Source: Daphnia carinata
Lineage: Eukaryota
Assembly: GCF_022539665.2 (NCBI RefSeq)
Contig: NC_081333.1
Coordinates: 10,788,001 to 10,852,000 of the forward strand
DNA length: 64,000 nt
Reading direction: 5' to 3'
Positions 1 to 12,200 of the stretch are shown here, in pieces; position 1 is the first letter of the stretch, and every line of letters begins with the position of its first letter. The notes under the pieces were generated by a model, which made no database searches, was not told the DNA's origin, and saw only the letters and a program-made list of their open reading frames with translations. The position numbers were made by a program, and so were the translations under genes.

Positions 1-980
1 TCTACTTCCCTGAAAACAAAAAACAGAAAACAAAAAACAAAAACAAAGGGAAAATGGAGTACAAAAAGAAAAGGGGAACAAAATCGTAGAAGTAATACAG
101 GATGAGGTTTACAATATATCACAAACGATCGATAGGCCTGCGTGAATGTTTAAAAACAAAAAAAAAGGGACGTAAGAGAGAAATTGTTGCACGTCTATTG
201 CATGCTTAAGTTAATAGCGAATCAGCGCACCTGTATGGTCTATATGGAAAGTGAAATCGAGGCCGGCAGATGGGCAACGTGATGGTTTCACTAGCCGACT
301 GTCCGCGGTCGTCACCCCACTTGCAGGAAGTTGATGGAAATAAGTCAGAACTTTCTTTTTTTTTTTTTTTTCTTTCTTTTTCTTCAACTGGTTCGTTATG
401 GATAGATCACCACAATAGCGTGGCAAAAGCATCAGAAAGACAATTTTTGCTTGTCGCATATCATCATCGCGTATAATACACTGGCAAGTTGACTGTAGCC
501 GACTGCAGTTGCGCTAACTCTTGTCATTCATTCATCACTGGACGCACGGGCAACAACGAGGGCGTCATATATAATTCACGCTTCAAGTCGACGTCGTTAT
601 TGTTATGGTTATGATGATGGTCGTTATTAGTACGACAACTCGTGCGGGCGGGCTGAAGCTAGGCGGACAGACGGATGGTAGGCGGAGGAGAGAAAGTAGG
701 GCCATTATTATATATACAGTATATATATAGAGAGAGAGAGAAAGAACCGAGACCGCTTGTTTGCATAAGGATATAACATACACACGTTGATATAAATAAA
801 TACTCATCGGCTCGCTACACAAAATGTAGATGAACCGAAAGGCGGAGAATGGACGAACCCCAGCGTTCAACTCTCCCCCTTTATTTTTTCTTTTAATGTA
901 ATGACAGGCGGTGCGGTACTTTATGAGAGAGAGAGAGAGAGAAAAAAAAAAACTTGTTGCGATTGATTTTTTTTTTCTTT

Positions 981-1027
981 TGACTAACGATCTCTTTACC
1001 TTTTTCGTTTTTTTTTTTTCTCTACAG
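981..1027 (+). promoter_or_regulatory. 3' splice site directly upstream of the start codon, implying an upstream exon
   Basis: Branch-point-like TGACTAAC (981-988), a long pyrimidine tract (~991-1023), then TACAG|ATG. Confidence 0.75.
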
Positions 1028-1105
1028 ATGAACCAGCTGTGTAAAGTGTGCGGCGAGCCAGCTGCCGGCTTCCACTTTGGCGCCTTCACCTGCGAGGGAT
1101 GCAAG
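1028..1105 (+). CDS. knrl: Coding exon 1 of the knirps-family gene (first zinc finger, MNQLCKVC...CEGCK)
   Basis: ATG at 1028, 26 codons ending in the P-box CEGCK, followed by donor AAG|GTACAA at 1106. Confidence 0.95.
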
Positions 1106-4100
1106 GTACAAAAAAAAACTCAAAATGTTTCACTTCTTTTCTTTCGACGACAATCATCCCAAAAATAAGAAGAGGCAACCCAAAAAAAAAAAAAAAAAAA
1201 AAATAACTTGCTTCAGTTAATCGAAAAAATGCCAGTGAAGAGAAGAAAAGAAAAACGAAACAATTATCCTACGCCATCCCATACTAGCATTTTTTTTTCT
1301 TCTTTTCTCGGCTCACTATGTATTACACTATGTCTGAAAATGCCACGCAAATCTGCATACAGACGGCCGCGCATCTCATATATCTAACCCATAATGGCAG
1401 CCCTAGTTTATTCATATCTCTACTCCTCCTCACCGAAGTAATTTTTTTTTTTTTATTTTTTTTTTTTTCAAAACCTGGAATGCACTCGTTCTCGATTCGA
1501 CTCGATGAGGTCGACGATTTCTCTCTACGTCGTACGTAGACGTTACTCTTTACAAGTGTACCGAGTTCCTTATCCCTTTAGCCTCTCCACCCGCCAATTG
1601 TGAACATTATACCGTTGGGCAGTTTTAGTTCGGGACCTTATTAGGGATGCGCCGACGTAATGGATCCCTCCTGCCTCGCTGGCTGTCCCATTCCCAGTCC
1701 GTTCGCTGACGAGGTGGAGAAGCCATTGCGCTCGAGCCAACAGCTAACTATCCGCACAAAACTGCGCGGCACATTCTTCGACGACTTTCTCCTCGTCGAG
1801 AGATATTGCTGCACACTATATTAAGAACGAAAAAAAGAAAAAAAAAAAGAAGAAGAGCTTTGATGGACTTGGCCGGACTGGACCGGACTAGGCCAATCGT
1901 TCGTAATCACGCCATGAAGCCAAAATGTAAAGAAGAACGAAAAAAAAAAAAAAAAAAAATCCTTTAAAATTACAAACGTTCAACGTTTTAATCTATTCCC
2001 ACTCTCTCTCTTTCCCTCTTTGTATTTTGTTCCATAGAGTCGAAATGATGTTTTCTCAACGCCTCTTCTAACCTACAATGTAACATACCACCAGAGCATC
2101 AAAACGTTCTTCTTTTTTTCTACCCTCCTGGACGCCCCCTTTTACCTGCGCTATCCTCCACTTGATCATCATTTCTCTCTCTCTTTTCTGTTTGTGTGTT
2201 TGTGTGTGTGTGTGTGTGTGTGTAGAATCAATTAAAGAGAGCAGTTTCACAGGCACACGACTTGATGGTCGTGGAACACACTAGACAATATCGAGAGCTA
2301 TTAAAAACAAAGCTGCTGAAAGAGCCTTTGCGATGCACTCCAGAAAAATAAAGAGTTCCCTTTTGTGCTTTTCCCCTTTTCAAAATGAAAAGAAAGGCCA
2401 ATAGAAGGAAGGAGTTTTTCAGTATATTTAGTTGGTTCGCTATTACGTATGGGTATCGTCATTAAAACGAGACTGAACACTTTAGCAGTTGGTTTTGTTT
2501 TCACGGCAAATAATTTGACATTAACATTTTCTCGGTCTAATCACGAAACGCGCTCAGCCTACATCTTTTCCTTTAGATATATGTGTGTGTGGCACGGCAC
2601 ACCGATCTTTTGCTTTTTGTTTTTTTTTTCAGTTTTCTAAATCACGATAATGTACAAGTCTCGACGGCCGCCACAATCCAAATACTGCTCTGCTTTTGTT
2701 TAACTCTCTTCGAGCAGGGCTAGCAGGAGGTCATCACCTTCTTCTTCGTCCAGTTTCATCGTGTAGGACGAGAATGACTGGTGTTTATAATGCAGTCGGA
2801 GTAGACCGGTGCGCAGTGCACAAGATTAACTATAAGATTTCAATTTTTACGAATAAACTGCTGGCCACCATGGCATGTTGGCCCCCGTAGCCGCGCTGCC
2901 GCCGCCACCAAATGGATGGTGATGACGACGGGCCGATGAATATTCATGAAATGGGTGCACACACACGCAGCTTTTTTTTTTTTTTTTTTTTTTTTGAAGG
3001 GGGGAATGATAGAGAGAAAATGCACAGAGCCTGTCCGATCCGCTCATTATAAAAGAAGAGAGAGAAAACAAAAATGCTATTTGTAAAGAAAGACGAGAAA
3101 ATCTTAAACTAAATTACGATAATGACGGCCGGGGTCTTACTGGGATTCTTTTTTTCGTTACACAGACGGCCGTATCTCTTGCGTGGCATCTCTGCATCCC
3201 CTCGTTCCAGAATGTTTTTGTTTCGTCCATTGTTTTGATTGTTGATTCATTAACTCGGAATAGGCTCTATATCTTTTAGCCACGATATCGTATCCTGTAT
3301 TGTGAACGTTGGGCCGCGGTGGCCTATCAACATTCATGCTTCCCTTGTTAAAAATCCGAGTAACAGAAGCCTGAACAATCATTAACAACACAAAATACTG
3401 ATGACATCTCAAAGAAAAAGAAGAAAAAAAAAAAAGGAAATCATTTTCTTTTGTGGTGTGTTTCACCTCGGCTGAGAATAGATTTATCAGTGATTTGTTT
3501 GCTGTTGTTGTTCGTTGGTGTGTCACTTTTTCCTTGTTGGCGAAGAAAACAAAAACAAAAATGGAACGTGAATCCAAACGAAAAGCTTCTTCGTCTAAAC
3601 GTGCGTCCGCTTTTGCCTTATGAGAAGCTGCTCGCTCTGGTTGAGGTTTATTCTCCTTTTTTTTTCTCTCTCTCTCTCTCTCTCTCTCTTCCAAAAACCC
3701 ATCGGGCTCCATGTTTTACGAGTTGGTATTCACACTATGTAAATACAGACAGATAGCGAGTCAGAGCCCAAGCGAGACTCTATGAGAGCTGTTGCTGCCG
3801 TTGTTCCATTCTACCTCCATCATCCTCAATCCTCCTCCTCTTTGGCAGGGGTTCTGGACTGCCTTATTGGAATGAGGCCACCAGCTGAAATAAACCGATA
3901 ACAGGCTCAGTCCAACAGCTTTCTTGCAAATAAAAAAAAAAAAAATCCCTCAAATGAATAAGAGAATTTCAAGAGAAAAAGAAAAAAAAAAAAAAATCAG
4001 AATAAAAAAAAAGATTGCATTGATTGCGATGCTTTTATTTCGTTTATTCGTTTGGGTTCACCTCCCGAAACGCGGGTGATGATGATGAAGGCGCAACCAT

Positions 4101-4775
4101 AGAGCGCAACCTTCCCTCCTATCGGGAAAAACGCAGGTGTGGCGCAATAGACTGATCAAATTGGGAATCACGCAAGCCCGAACTGTGGCGCGGCACACAC
4201 GGCGGTGATTTGTCAAAAGAGAGGAAAACGCCAAAAAAATAAAAAAATAAAAAAAATAAATAATCCGGAACGGGATTGAAAATTAGTTGAGCTTTTTTTT
4301 TTTTCTCTTTTGGCTCTGCTCTACTGCTGTGGCAATATTTCAATTAGTTATGCCATCATACATATTGTCACTCGTATTGTCCATTCTACGCGTGCGCTTT
4401 CTCGTTTTCTGAACTGTTTTTGTGTGTGTGTGTGTGTTCTGTTTTTGTTTCGATTTCGTATTTTTATTTTCCTCTCGTGCCGTCAGGATTAGAAGAACGT
4501 ATGTGGGCGCGGTTGCCTAATTTCCGCTCCCTTTCGCTATTTAATGAGCATCTATGCTTGCTCGTCGTTGTTACCTTTTGCTCGTTGTTCTTGCTAGCCG
4601 TGCCGTTACCGTTGAGCAGGACGCCCCACTCCGATAAGTACACACAGTCCGTACGGTCACGGACGATAGCCGACGCCTGGGCGCTGACGAACGCTTTATG
4701 GCACGGACAAGCAAAAATATATACCACACCATATCCTCCACCTTTTTTTTTTTTTTTTTTTTTTTTTATTCTTTT

Positions 4776-4810
<35 letters not shown>

Positions 4811-7237
4811 TGTATGCCATTCTAATTGCAGCGGCTTTCACCGTTCCTCTGTGGAGATGTACATTTGATTATTGCGTTTTCTTATATATTCAAAATGACC
4901 AAACGCTTAGACTGGAGCCCTGCAATGAGCTGAAAAGATACCGCGAAAAAGAAACGACGCCCGAAATGATGTCATCGACTGATTTTTTTTTTTTTTTTTT
5001 TTATCCAGTTGTCCACCCTCCCCCACCTCTTCACTTGTATGCACTTAACAGTTAACAGTTGGAGTGTGTGTGTGTGTGTGTGGTTATCCCACAAAAGAAA
5101 GAAAATCATCGGATTTTCTTTTTTCTTTTCTTTTTCCCCTTCTCAGCATTTATGTTTGTTTTGAGGGGTTTTTCTTTCTTGTTCTCCTCTTTTTTTATTT
5201 TTTTTTTTGTAGATTTTATTTTCTCGTCATGTTCTCGCCAAATAGAGCCGAGGCACTAATATTCGCGGAGATCGTGAGGCGCCCGCATTTACACAGGAAA
5301 ACATGGCCGACTCGAATGTCTTGATCTGGACGAAACGATTCGAGGCCAAAGGCGAACAAATAAGCGATGGAAGGCGTCGATTGCTGGCATTGAGACAGCG
5401 TTCCAATAGTTTTTGATAGGCCTACATTAAACGCGATCCCATAAACGAGCGGATAGATTGGTCCATTCGGTTTGCCTCTTTACTTTTCGTGTGTGTTTTT
5501 TCTTCTGGCTTTTTACGACGCCATCAATTGATCTTCAGCTTATATTGCAGCTATGAACCTTGATTGAGATTCGAAGGCAATTTCTACGTTGATTAACAGT
5601 TAACGCTCAGCTCTTGAGGCCTAGATATATTTAGAAATGGCAGCTGTTTCAATTGGTCGCGCGTAGAAAAAATAGTCGTCCGTGTTGAAATTCGATGTAA
5701 ATAAAAAATCGTTTGCGATGGAACATTGTAATCAACTTTTGTCTTTATTCACGTACTTTGCAGTCGTTTTTCGGCCGATCTTACAACAATCTGTCGGTGA
5801 TATCCGAGTGCAAGAATGGCGGTCAGTGCGTCATCAACAAGAAGAACCGGACGTCGTGCAAAGCCTGCCGACTGCGCAAGTGCCTCCTGGTGGGCATGTC
5901 CAAGAGCGGCTCCCGCTACGGCCGCCGCTCCAACTGGTTCAAATTGCACTGCCTAATGCAGGAGCAAGGGCCCGTCTCTTCCGTCTCCGTCTCTTCCTCG
6001 TCGCCCAATTCCAACGGAAACAACAACAACAACAACAGCAGCAACAACAACAATGGCTCCATGTCGATGGGTGGCATGGGCAATAATCCGTCCCCGAATT
6101 CGTCGGCCGAATCGATTGGAGCTCACCATCAATCATCCAGTTTCCATCATCACCATCAACAGGCATTGCGACGCGCTGGATTCCATCAGCATCACCTGAT
6201 GACCGCTGCGGCCATGGTGGTGGGCGGGCCGGGCGTTCCTTCCAGCATGTCCAGCAACGAATCGAATAAAGACGATGCCGAAGCTGAATGCAAAAACTCT
6301 TCGGCCTCGCCGTCCGTCAGTTCGCCAGGTTCACCTCACCATTCAGATTCTTCGCTGGAGTTGGATCCATCTTCGGTAGCCAGCGCTGAGCGCACGAGTG
6401 GCAAGCAGAGCAACAACCACCGGGGGCATCACACCAATCATCACAGTAGCTTACATCATCACGCTGCACTGGCTGGCCTGGCTGGCCATCACCACAATCC
6501 TTTCGTCAACGGATTGAAGCAGCCGTTCAACCCGGCTGATTTCTTCCCGCCTTTGGGCATGCCCATGCTCCCACCTCATTTGCAAGCGGCAGCAGCTGCT
6601 GCCGCGGCCGCCGCAGCCGCCGCCAACCTCCACCACCACCACGGATTCTATCCGCCCAACCTTCCGGCGCCCAGGCTCCTCTTCCCTCCTGGTATGAGCT
6701 TCCCGTCGTCGGCCAACTCGCCGCCCATCAGTCTCAGCGGCAGCGGGTCCAAATCTCACGGCTCCTCCTCGGCCACGCCCAATTCATTGTTGCTGGACGC
6801 TGCCAGTGCGAGAGCGGCCAAAAAGTTCAACATCGAGTCGATGCTTCACCTTCACCAACAACAACAACAACAACAACCAGGAACAGCTGCAAAAGCAACA
6901 GCTCTTACGCAAGCGTTCTACCTCGTCCTCGTCGCTGAAGGTGACGCCGCCGCCGTTGCAACAATCGCCGCTCGAAGAGCAGGACACGCCGATGGATCTG
7001 TCGGTCAGGAGTTCGTCGGTGGCCATTAAAGATGAGAATCTGTCGGAACATTCCGATTGCGCCGCGTCGTATCTTCGCCTCCATCACGCCGACTCCGACT
7101 ACGACAGCAACGAGAGCGACACGCTCAACGACGACGACGACGCCGACATCGACGACGATTCGGATCATCAAGCAGCTGACGGAAGCAGCGACATGGAACG
7201 GAAGCCTTTTCATCCGCTAGATTTGACGCGGAAGTAA
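1028..7237 (+). CDS. knrl: Knirps-family (NR0A) zinc-finger nuclear receptor lacking a ligand-binding domain; join(1028..1105,5764..7237) with a +1 frame discontinuity near 6877; about 516 aa if corrected
   Basis: The spliced N-terminus reads [94 protein letters not shown]. This is the two C4 zinc fingers plus kni box typical of Drosophila kni/knrl/eagle. The C-terminus is low-complexity with PxDLS/T motifs and no LBD. Exact orthology among kni, knrl and eagle is not resolved. Confidence 0.95.
1106..5763 (+). other. Phase-0 GT-AG intron (4658 nt) between CEGCK and SFFGRS
   Basis: GT at 1106 and CAG at 5761-5763. Splicing restores a contiguous nuclear-receptor DNA-binding domain at a position typical for this family. 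Confidence 0.93.
5764..6876 (+). CDS. knrl: Coding exon 2, 5' frame (second zinc finger, kni box, poly-N/His/Ala tracts, eh1-like FNIESML, poly-Q)
   Basis: Acceptor TACTTTGCAG| precedes SFFGRSYNN. The segment lies in ORF 5713..7029 and is GC-rich and codon-like. Confidence 0.92.
6878..7237 (+). CDS. knrl: Coding exon 2, 3' frame (QEQLQKQQ...[11 protein letters not shown]...acidic tract...[13 protein letters not shown])
   Basis: Lies in ORF 6806..7237. It continues the Q-rich tract and contains PMDLS (6989-7003) and PLDLT (7214-7228), the CtBP-type motifs of Knirps-family proteins. GC-rich composition ends abruptly at TAA 7235-7237. Confidence 0.85.
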   Translation, partial: QEQLQKQQLLRKRSTSSSSLKVTPPPLQQSPLEEQDTPMDLSVRSSSVAIKDENLSEHSDCAASYLRLHHADSDYDSNESDTLNDDDDADIDDDSDHQAADGSSDMERKPFHPLDLTRK

Positions 7238-7572
7238 AAAAAAAAAAGAAATAAAAAAAATGCTATTAGATATTTGTGTAAGCCGATTTAGAGCCGCTGT
7301 AGTACATGACTGTGCTGTGCCACTCGCTATGCCCTGGGCGTGGCTTATTCCCTTGTTTTCCATTTTTGAGGTTTTTGATTTTTTTTTTTTTTTTTTTTGT
7401 TTTGTTCGTGTCAGGAACTCACTATACCGACTACTTCTACTGCCCGCCTTCTCGTTATATATAACCATCCAACCCAAATTGTTGTCGATCCTCAAAACAC
7501 ATTCCGGAATCGAACAAAAATATTAAAAAGATTCCAAAACAAAATTCAATTCCGGAATCAATTACAAAAAAG

Positions 7573-7605
<33 letters not shown>

Positions 7606-9218
7606 GATTAGAGATTAAATGAATTTTTTTTTTTATATCAAACTCCCGGTGGTTTCCGATTTTCTATTTGTCATTCGTGTTTTTTTAAATGTACGTGTGC
7701 ATATTATATTATCGCATTTTCAAAAGTGTGCGTATTAACATCAGATTTCCACAGTGGCCAGTTTGTTACGCGCTTTGTTTTCTGTTCCACGGGGTTTTTT
7801 TTTTCCCCATTCGAAAATCTAAACGACGGTGACAACACAATCCCCTCCTTTTTTCACGATAAAGATTTTCAATTCGAGGTTGCCAATAATTAACGATTCA
7901 GAGAAAAGATGACTGTGTCTTATAGAGCCTAAAATTTATCAGACGATAGCACAATTGTTTGATGCGAATGTTTGTTTTGTTGCGTGTCTCATTTCACATG
8001 TCTAGCTTTATATCATTTTTTCACTTCTATGCTTTACATACAGTACAGAGCAGCGGAGCGTTCATCCATCGCTGATGCACGACGATTCATTTTTTTTATT
8101 TCGATGCCAGTGATCCATTTTTTTTTTCTTCTTTTCTCTTTCCCTCTGTCGCCCCTCTCTTTTGTCTCGCTTTGTATTTTGTAAGAGATGTACATAGTTT
8201 TATAACAATTTGTGTGTGCGTTCCGGTGCAGACGAGATAGACATAATTATATCTAGGATTTATTATTATTATTTTTTTTTTGTTCATTCCCCCCCTTCCT
8301 TTCAAAAGCCTACCTATCCTCCATTCCTCTCTTGTATATTGTGTTGTTCAGATTGGTAGGGAAAGTTCATTAAAAAAAAAAAAAAGCATTTTTTTTTTTC
8401 TCTTTATTGCCCGGAGAATTCGACGACTCGCTGTGGGTGGGTTCGACAAAGACGAAAGGGACATTGAGCCAGTTTGTTTCAGCTAATGTATATCATTGCC
8501 ACACATTCCATGTCGTAGCGACTCTCTTTTCTATTATCGCAGCCATTTCCTCCTGCCAGTCCCTTTTTTAATGGAAAAAAAAAAAAAAATATCCCGTTTG
8601 TGTTTGTTTTTGTTTTTTTCTTGTTGGAAACTTTCAAACATCTTCCGGGTATTGTCCGGACGATTCCGGAAACTGATGAATTCAAACCGACCAAATAAAA
8701 TTAAGTGAACGTAAAACACATTTCACCATTAAAAACATAAGATCGTTAATAAGACGCAGACCGGATTGATAAACAAGAGCTGTGGGATGAAAAAAAAAGG
8801 AAAAAAAAAAAGAAAAAAGAAAAATACAAATCCCGAAAAAGGCCATCAGATATATCACGACATTCCGAAACCTTTCCCAGTCTGAGGTATTTCTGCGTAC
8901 CTGATAACAATCGAGGATTCTTGAGCAATCACGACCCAACCTCACATTCACGCTCTCACTTTAAGACACATCCGGACGCAAACTACAAATCGGTACGCTT
9001 CCCTGCCAAAAAGGCCAAAGGTTTTATACACCAGCATCACACCTGCCTTGTCTTACGTCCATCAATGTCCCACTCACGCAAAAACTGTCGGTCGTTCTCC
9101 TTTTTATTTATTTTTTTTTTTTTGATGTAAGAGAGGAAGGGAATTCCGATAACGAAACCGGAATCAAAATGTTTGGCTGAATTGTGTCTCAAGCGTTTCA
9201 TCATTCGGTTGGGGGAAG

Positions 9219-9251
<33 letters not shown>

Positions 9252-12200
9252 CAAAAGAAAAAGAGAATCGAACACCTCCAGTCATAGAACACACACACAC
9301 CCGATGCAAATTCCCTTTTTTTTTTCTTTTCTTTTCTTTCTCCTCCCACAACTAGTTTGAACGAAGTATGTTGTATGTATGTGATTTTTTTTTTTTTTTT
9401 TACTTGTTTTTCATGTGCTGTATACGTCGTCTTATTTCTTTTGTGGAGGTGGATTTTGTTTTTGTTCAGCATTTTTGTTTTTCTTACCCATATGACCCGT
9501 TTTTTCCAACTGCTCCTCAACTGTTGACCAGAATCCCGGTGTTTTTTTTTTTTGTTTTTTTTTTTTGTTGCTGCTGCTTTTGGATTGACTGACGCAATCC
9601 GAAAAAATTCTATGATTTTCTTCGACAAATATCGACGCATAAAAATCCAACCAATGCCCCCTCAACAAAAACATGAAATGAAAACAAGTGCCGATAGCTC
9701 CACTGTTGAATGTTCCCAAAGAGAATTACGAAATAATAATAAACGATGGCTTCCATTTTTTAACACGAATTTCAATTAGCGTCTAGCAAACGATGGTTTT
9801 ACAGTGCACGTATTGTATACTACTGCACAATATTTGTTGTGCGAACGGCACGACAATTCACGATAGCATCGTGTTCGGAGCGGATGTGTTGGAAACTCGA
9901 CCGCCTGCGAGAGGCGAAAGAAGATTCGTGTGATTGGTCAACAAACGAGTCGAGAAAGAACACACTTTGAAGTCAATACTTGGGACTGTTGAAACGAAAT
10001 GGGAAAAAAAAAAAAAAAAAAGACGTCGATTCCCAAATGTAGACTCAATGACCGAGCATTTTATGCGCTCCTTTAAACGGGGCATACAGCTCAACTCTTA
10101 CGTTCAAAAAAAGAAAACAAGGAATCGCCGTCGACATTTAAGGACGAAAGACATGTTTACCTTTACGACAGTCCCGAAAAAAAAAAAAAAAAAAAAATTT
10201 CTTTTCATCTTTTTCGGGGTTTTTCATCTTCGAGTACCAAAGAGAAGACTCCCGACGAGCAAATACAACCCAGTTTCACTGTTGATGTTTGGCCACAGTG
10301 CACACAAACTCTACATTTGACAACTGCCAGTCACCGTCCTAATGAGACATTACGCAAACTCGAGACAAAAAAAAAAAAAAAAAAATAAATGGTCGTTTTT
10401 TTTTCTTTCCTGAAATAATGAACAGAACTTTGGAGTGATATCTTGTAAATGGTACGTAGTCGTATGAAATATGTCCCGTAGAAAGGCGAAAGTTGCACCA
10501 ATTTGTACGTACATGGATAGCGCGCACACGTGTGCTCCACTCTCGCCATTTGCCTTCCACAATTCTAAACGAAAAAGTTTAGAAAAACAAAGAGGAAAAT
10601 AGAAGTAAGAAACCAAGAAAAGAAAATGTTAATATCAAACAATCCATCACTGGAAAAAGGTGAACAGAAACAAGTGAACATCGCCTGGCCCTGGACGGTA
10701 ACGTCCACGGTCGTTTCAATGCAAAGCTGGTTCACCTTGTCTGTATGTCATTGGGCGGTTTGGTGAGAGATGTGGTCCGACCACTACACTCCCACCTGTA
10801 CCTCACCTTCCTCATTGTCTGAAACGATTGGTGTAGGCAAAAATGTATAACAAATCTCCTGTTCGTATATGGGGGCCCCAAATAAGAAAAATACAAAAAA
10901 AGTCAATCAAAAACAAAACAAAACAAAAAAAAACGAAGGGGCAGAATCGAATTTCAGATTTGTGGAACGTGAAGGGAAACAGAAAAAGACAGAAGAAAAA
11001 GAGCGATTTCTTTCTCTATTCACTCTCGTTATGTACGGTATACTGTATAAATGAATACGCGATGTGGGGGGTTGATGCTATTATACATGGCACACTATGT
11101 AGCACAATGTGTTCGGGAGATGAGAGGAAACAACTTGGAAGTTTTTCGCTTGACTTTTTGTTTTTCCTTCCAAAAGAGATTGATTTACAGAAAATCAGGC
11201 CCTCTCTCTGCCTGTCGTGCGTATACAGAGGGAAATGCCCCGATTGCTCTTGTCGAGAGTAACCTACCCCCCACTGGAATAAAGAGGAGAAACAGATCCA
11301 ATCCAAATCGAAATCCGTTTCTGTTTTTGTTTTTTGTTTTTTTCAACAAAAGTGATTGGCGCAGAGAAGCAAAAAAAAAAAAAAAAAAAAAACCGGCTGG
11401 AGAAAAAATAACAAGAGATTTAAAGAACTGACTGTGAGGGCACCTGTCCTTGATGGAGGATGAAGGAGAAGGTGGACCCTGATTTATTCATGAGGTGGAC
11501 CATGCGTCTTTTTGTTTTTTTTTTCTTTCAGCCTGTTTTGGTGAACTTGGTGAATTGCTGCGATCATCATCAGAAGCCAGGGGTAAAAACATACTCAAAG
11601 AAAATTGCAGTTTACACTACAATAGAAGACGTGGGGGGAAATCCCAAAACGAACTGGAACCACATCTCCTCCATCACCAGGAGGGTATTTTTTTTTATTT
11701 TCTTTCTTTCTTTCTTCTCTCGTTCTAGATTGCTATACGCGCAAAACAGATTGATTGGTGTGTAATCATTTCAATTGTATTCCATTCTTTTATCTCCCCC
11801 CTCCTAATTTTTTTTCCTACCTCCCTTGAAGTCAGCGTGACTTGAGCCACCCGTCTAGAGAACCCTCAGCTCTTAGATGATGGATACAACCCGCAGAGCG
11901 TCGGTGCTCTCCATTTTTTTTCCCCTCCGTTTTGTATTGCAACAACTAACCAGCATCCGTCATTTGATAAGCATTTTTTTTAAACTTTATTTCGATCTAT
12001 AACCTTGATTTTACTTTACACGTCCAGTTATTTTTTTTGTTTCCCAAATTAACTTAATGAAATGCTTTGCATTGTTATTACTGTACACACGTATGGTTGT
12101 ACAATGTCTAACTTTTGGAACAGGAGATAAAACCTGGAGGCTTTTCTCGCTCTTGCTGACGGTGATAGGAATGCGATCGGGAGATCATTACCGGTGTAAT

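Noticed and set aside
460..800. TATA-like (TATATAA ~568, TATAAA 791) and Inr-like (TCATTC ~524) elements as the core promoter
   Set aside because: No correctly spaced TATA/Inr/DPE combination was found, and the upstream exon is not located.
5713..5763. N-terminal MRWNIVINF... of ORF 5713..7029
   Set aside because: This is intronic sequence upstream of the acceptor at 5763; the real N-terminus is exon 1.
6877..7029. C-terminus of ORF 5713..7029 ([15 protein letters not shown]...) as the normal protein end
   Set aside because: The family motifs lie in the other frame, and coding-like composition continues to 7237.
5682..7220. Overlapping and antisense ORFs (5682..6086, 5749..5949, 5939..6166, 6451..6759, 6784..7026, 6905..7213, 7032..7220)
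   Set aside because: These are shadow frames of a GC-rich coding exon containing triplet repeats.
7250..7255. AATAAA just after the stop codon as the poly(A) signal
   Set aside because: It is embedded in an A-run and the hexamer is very common here, so it cannot be assigned without 3'-end data.
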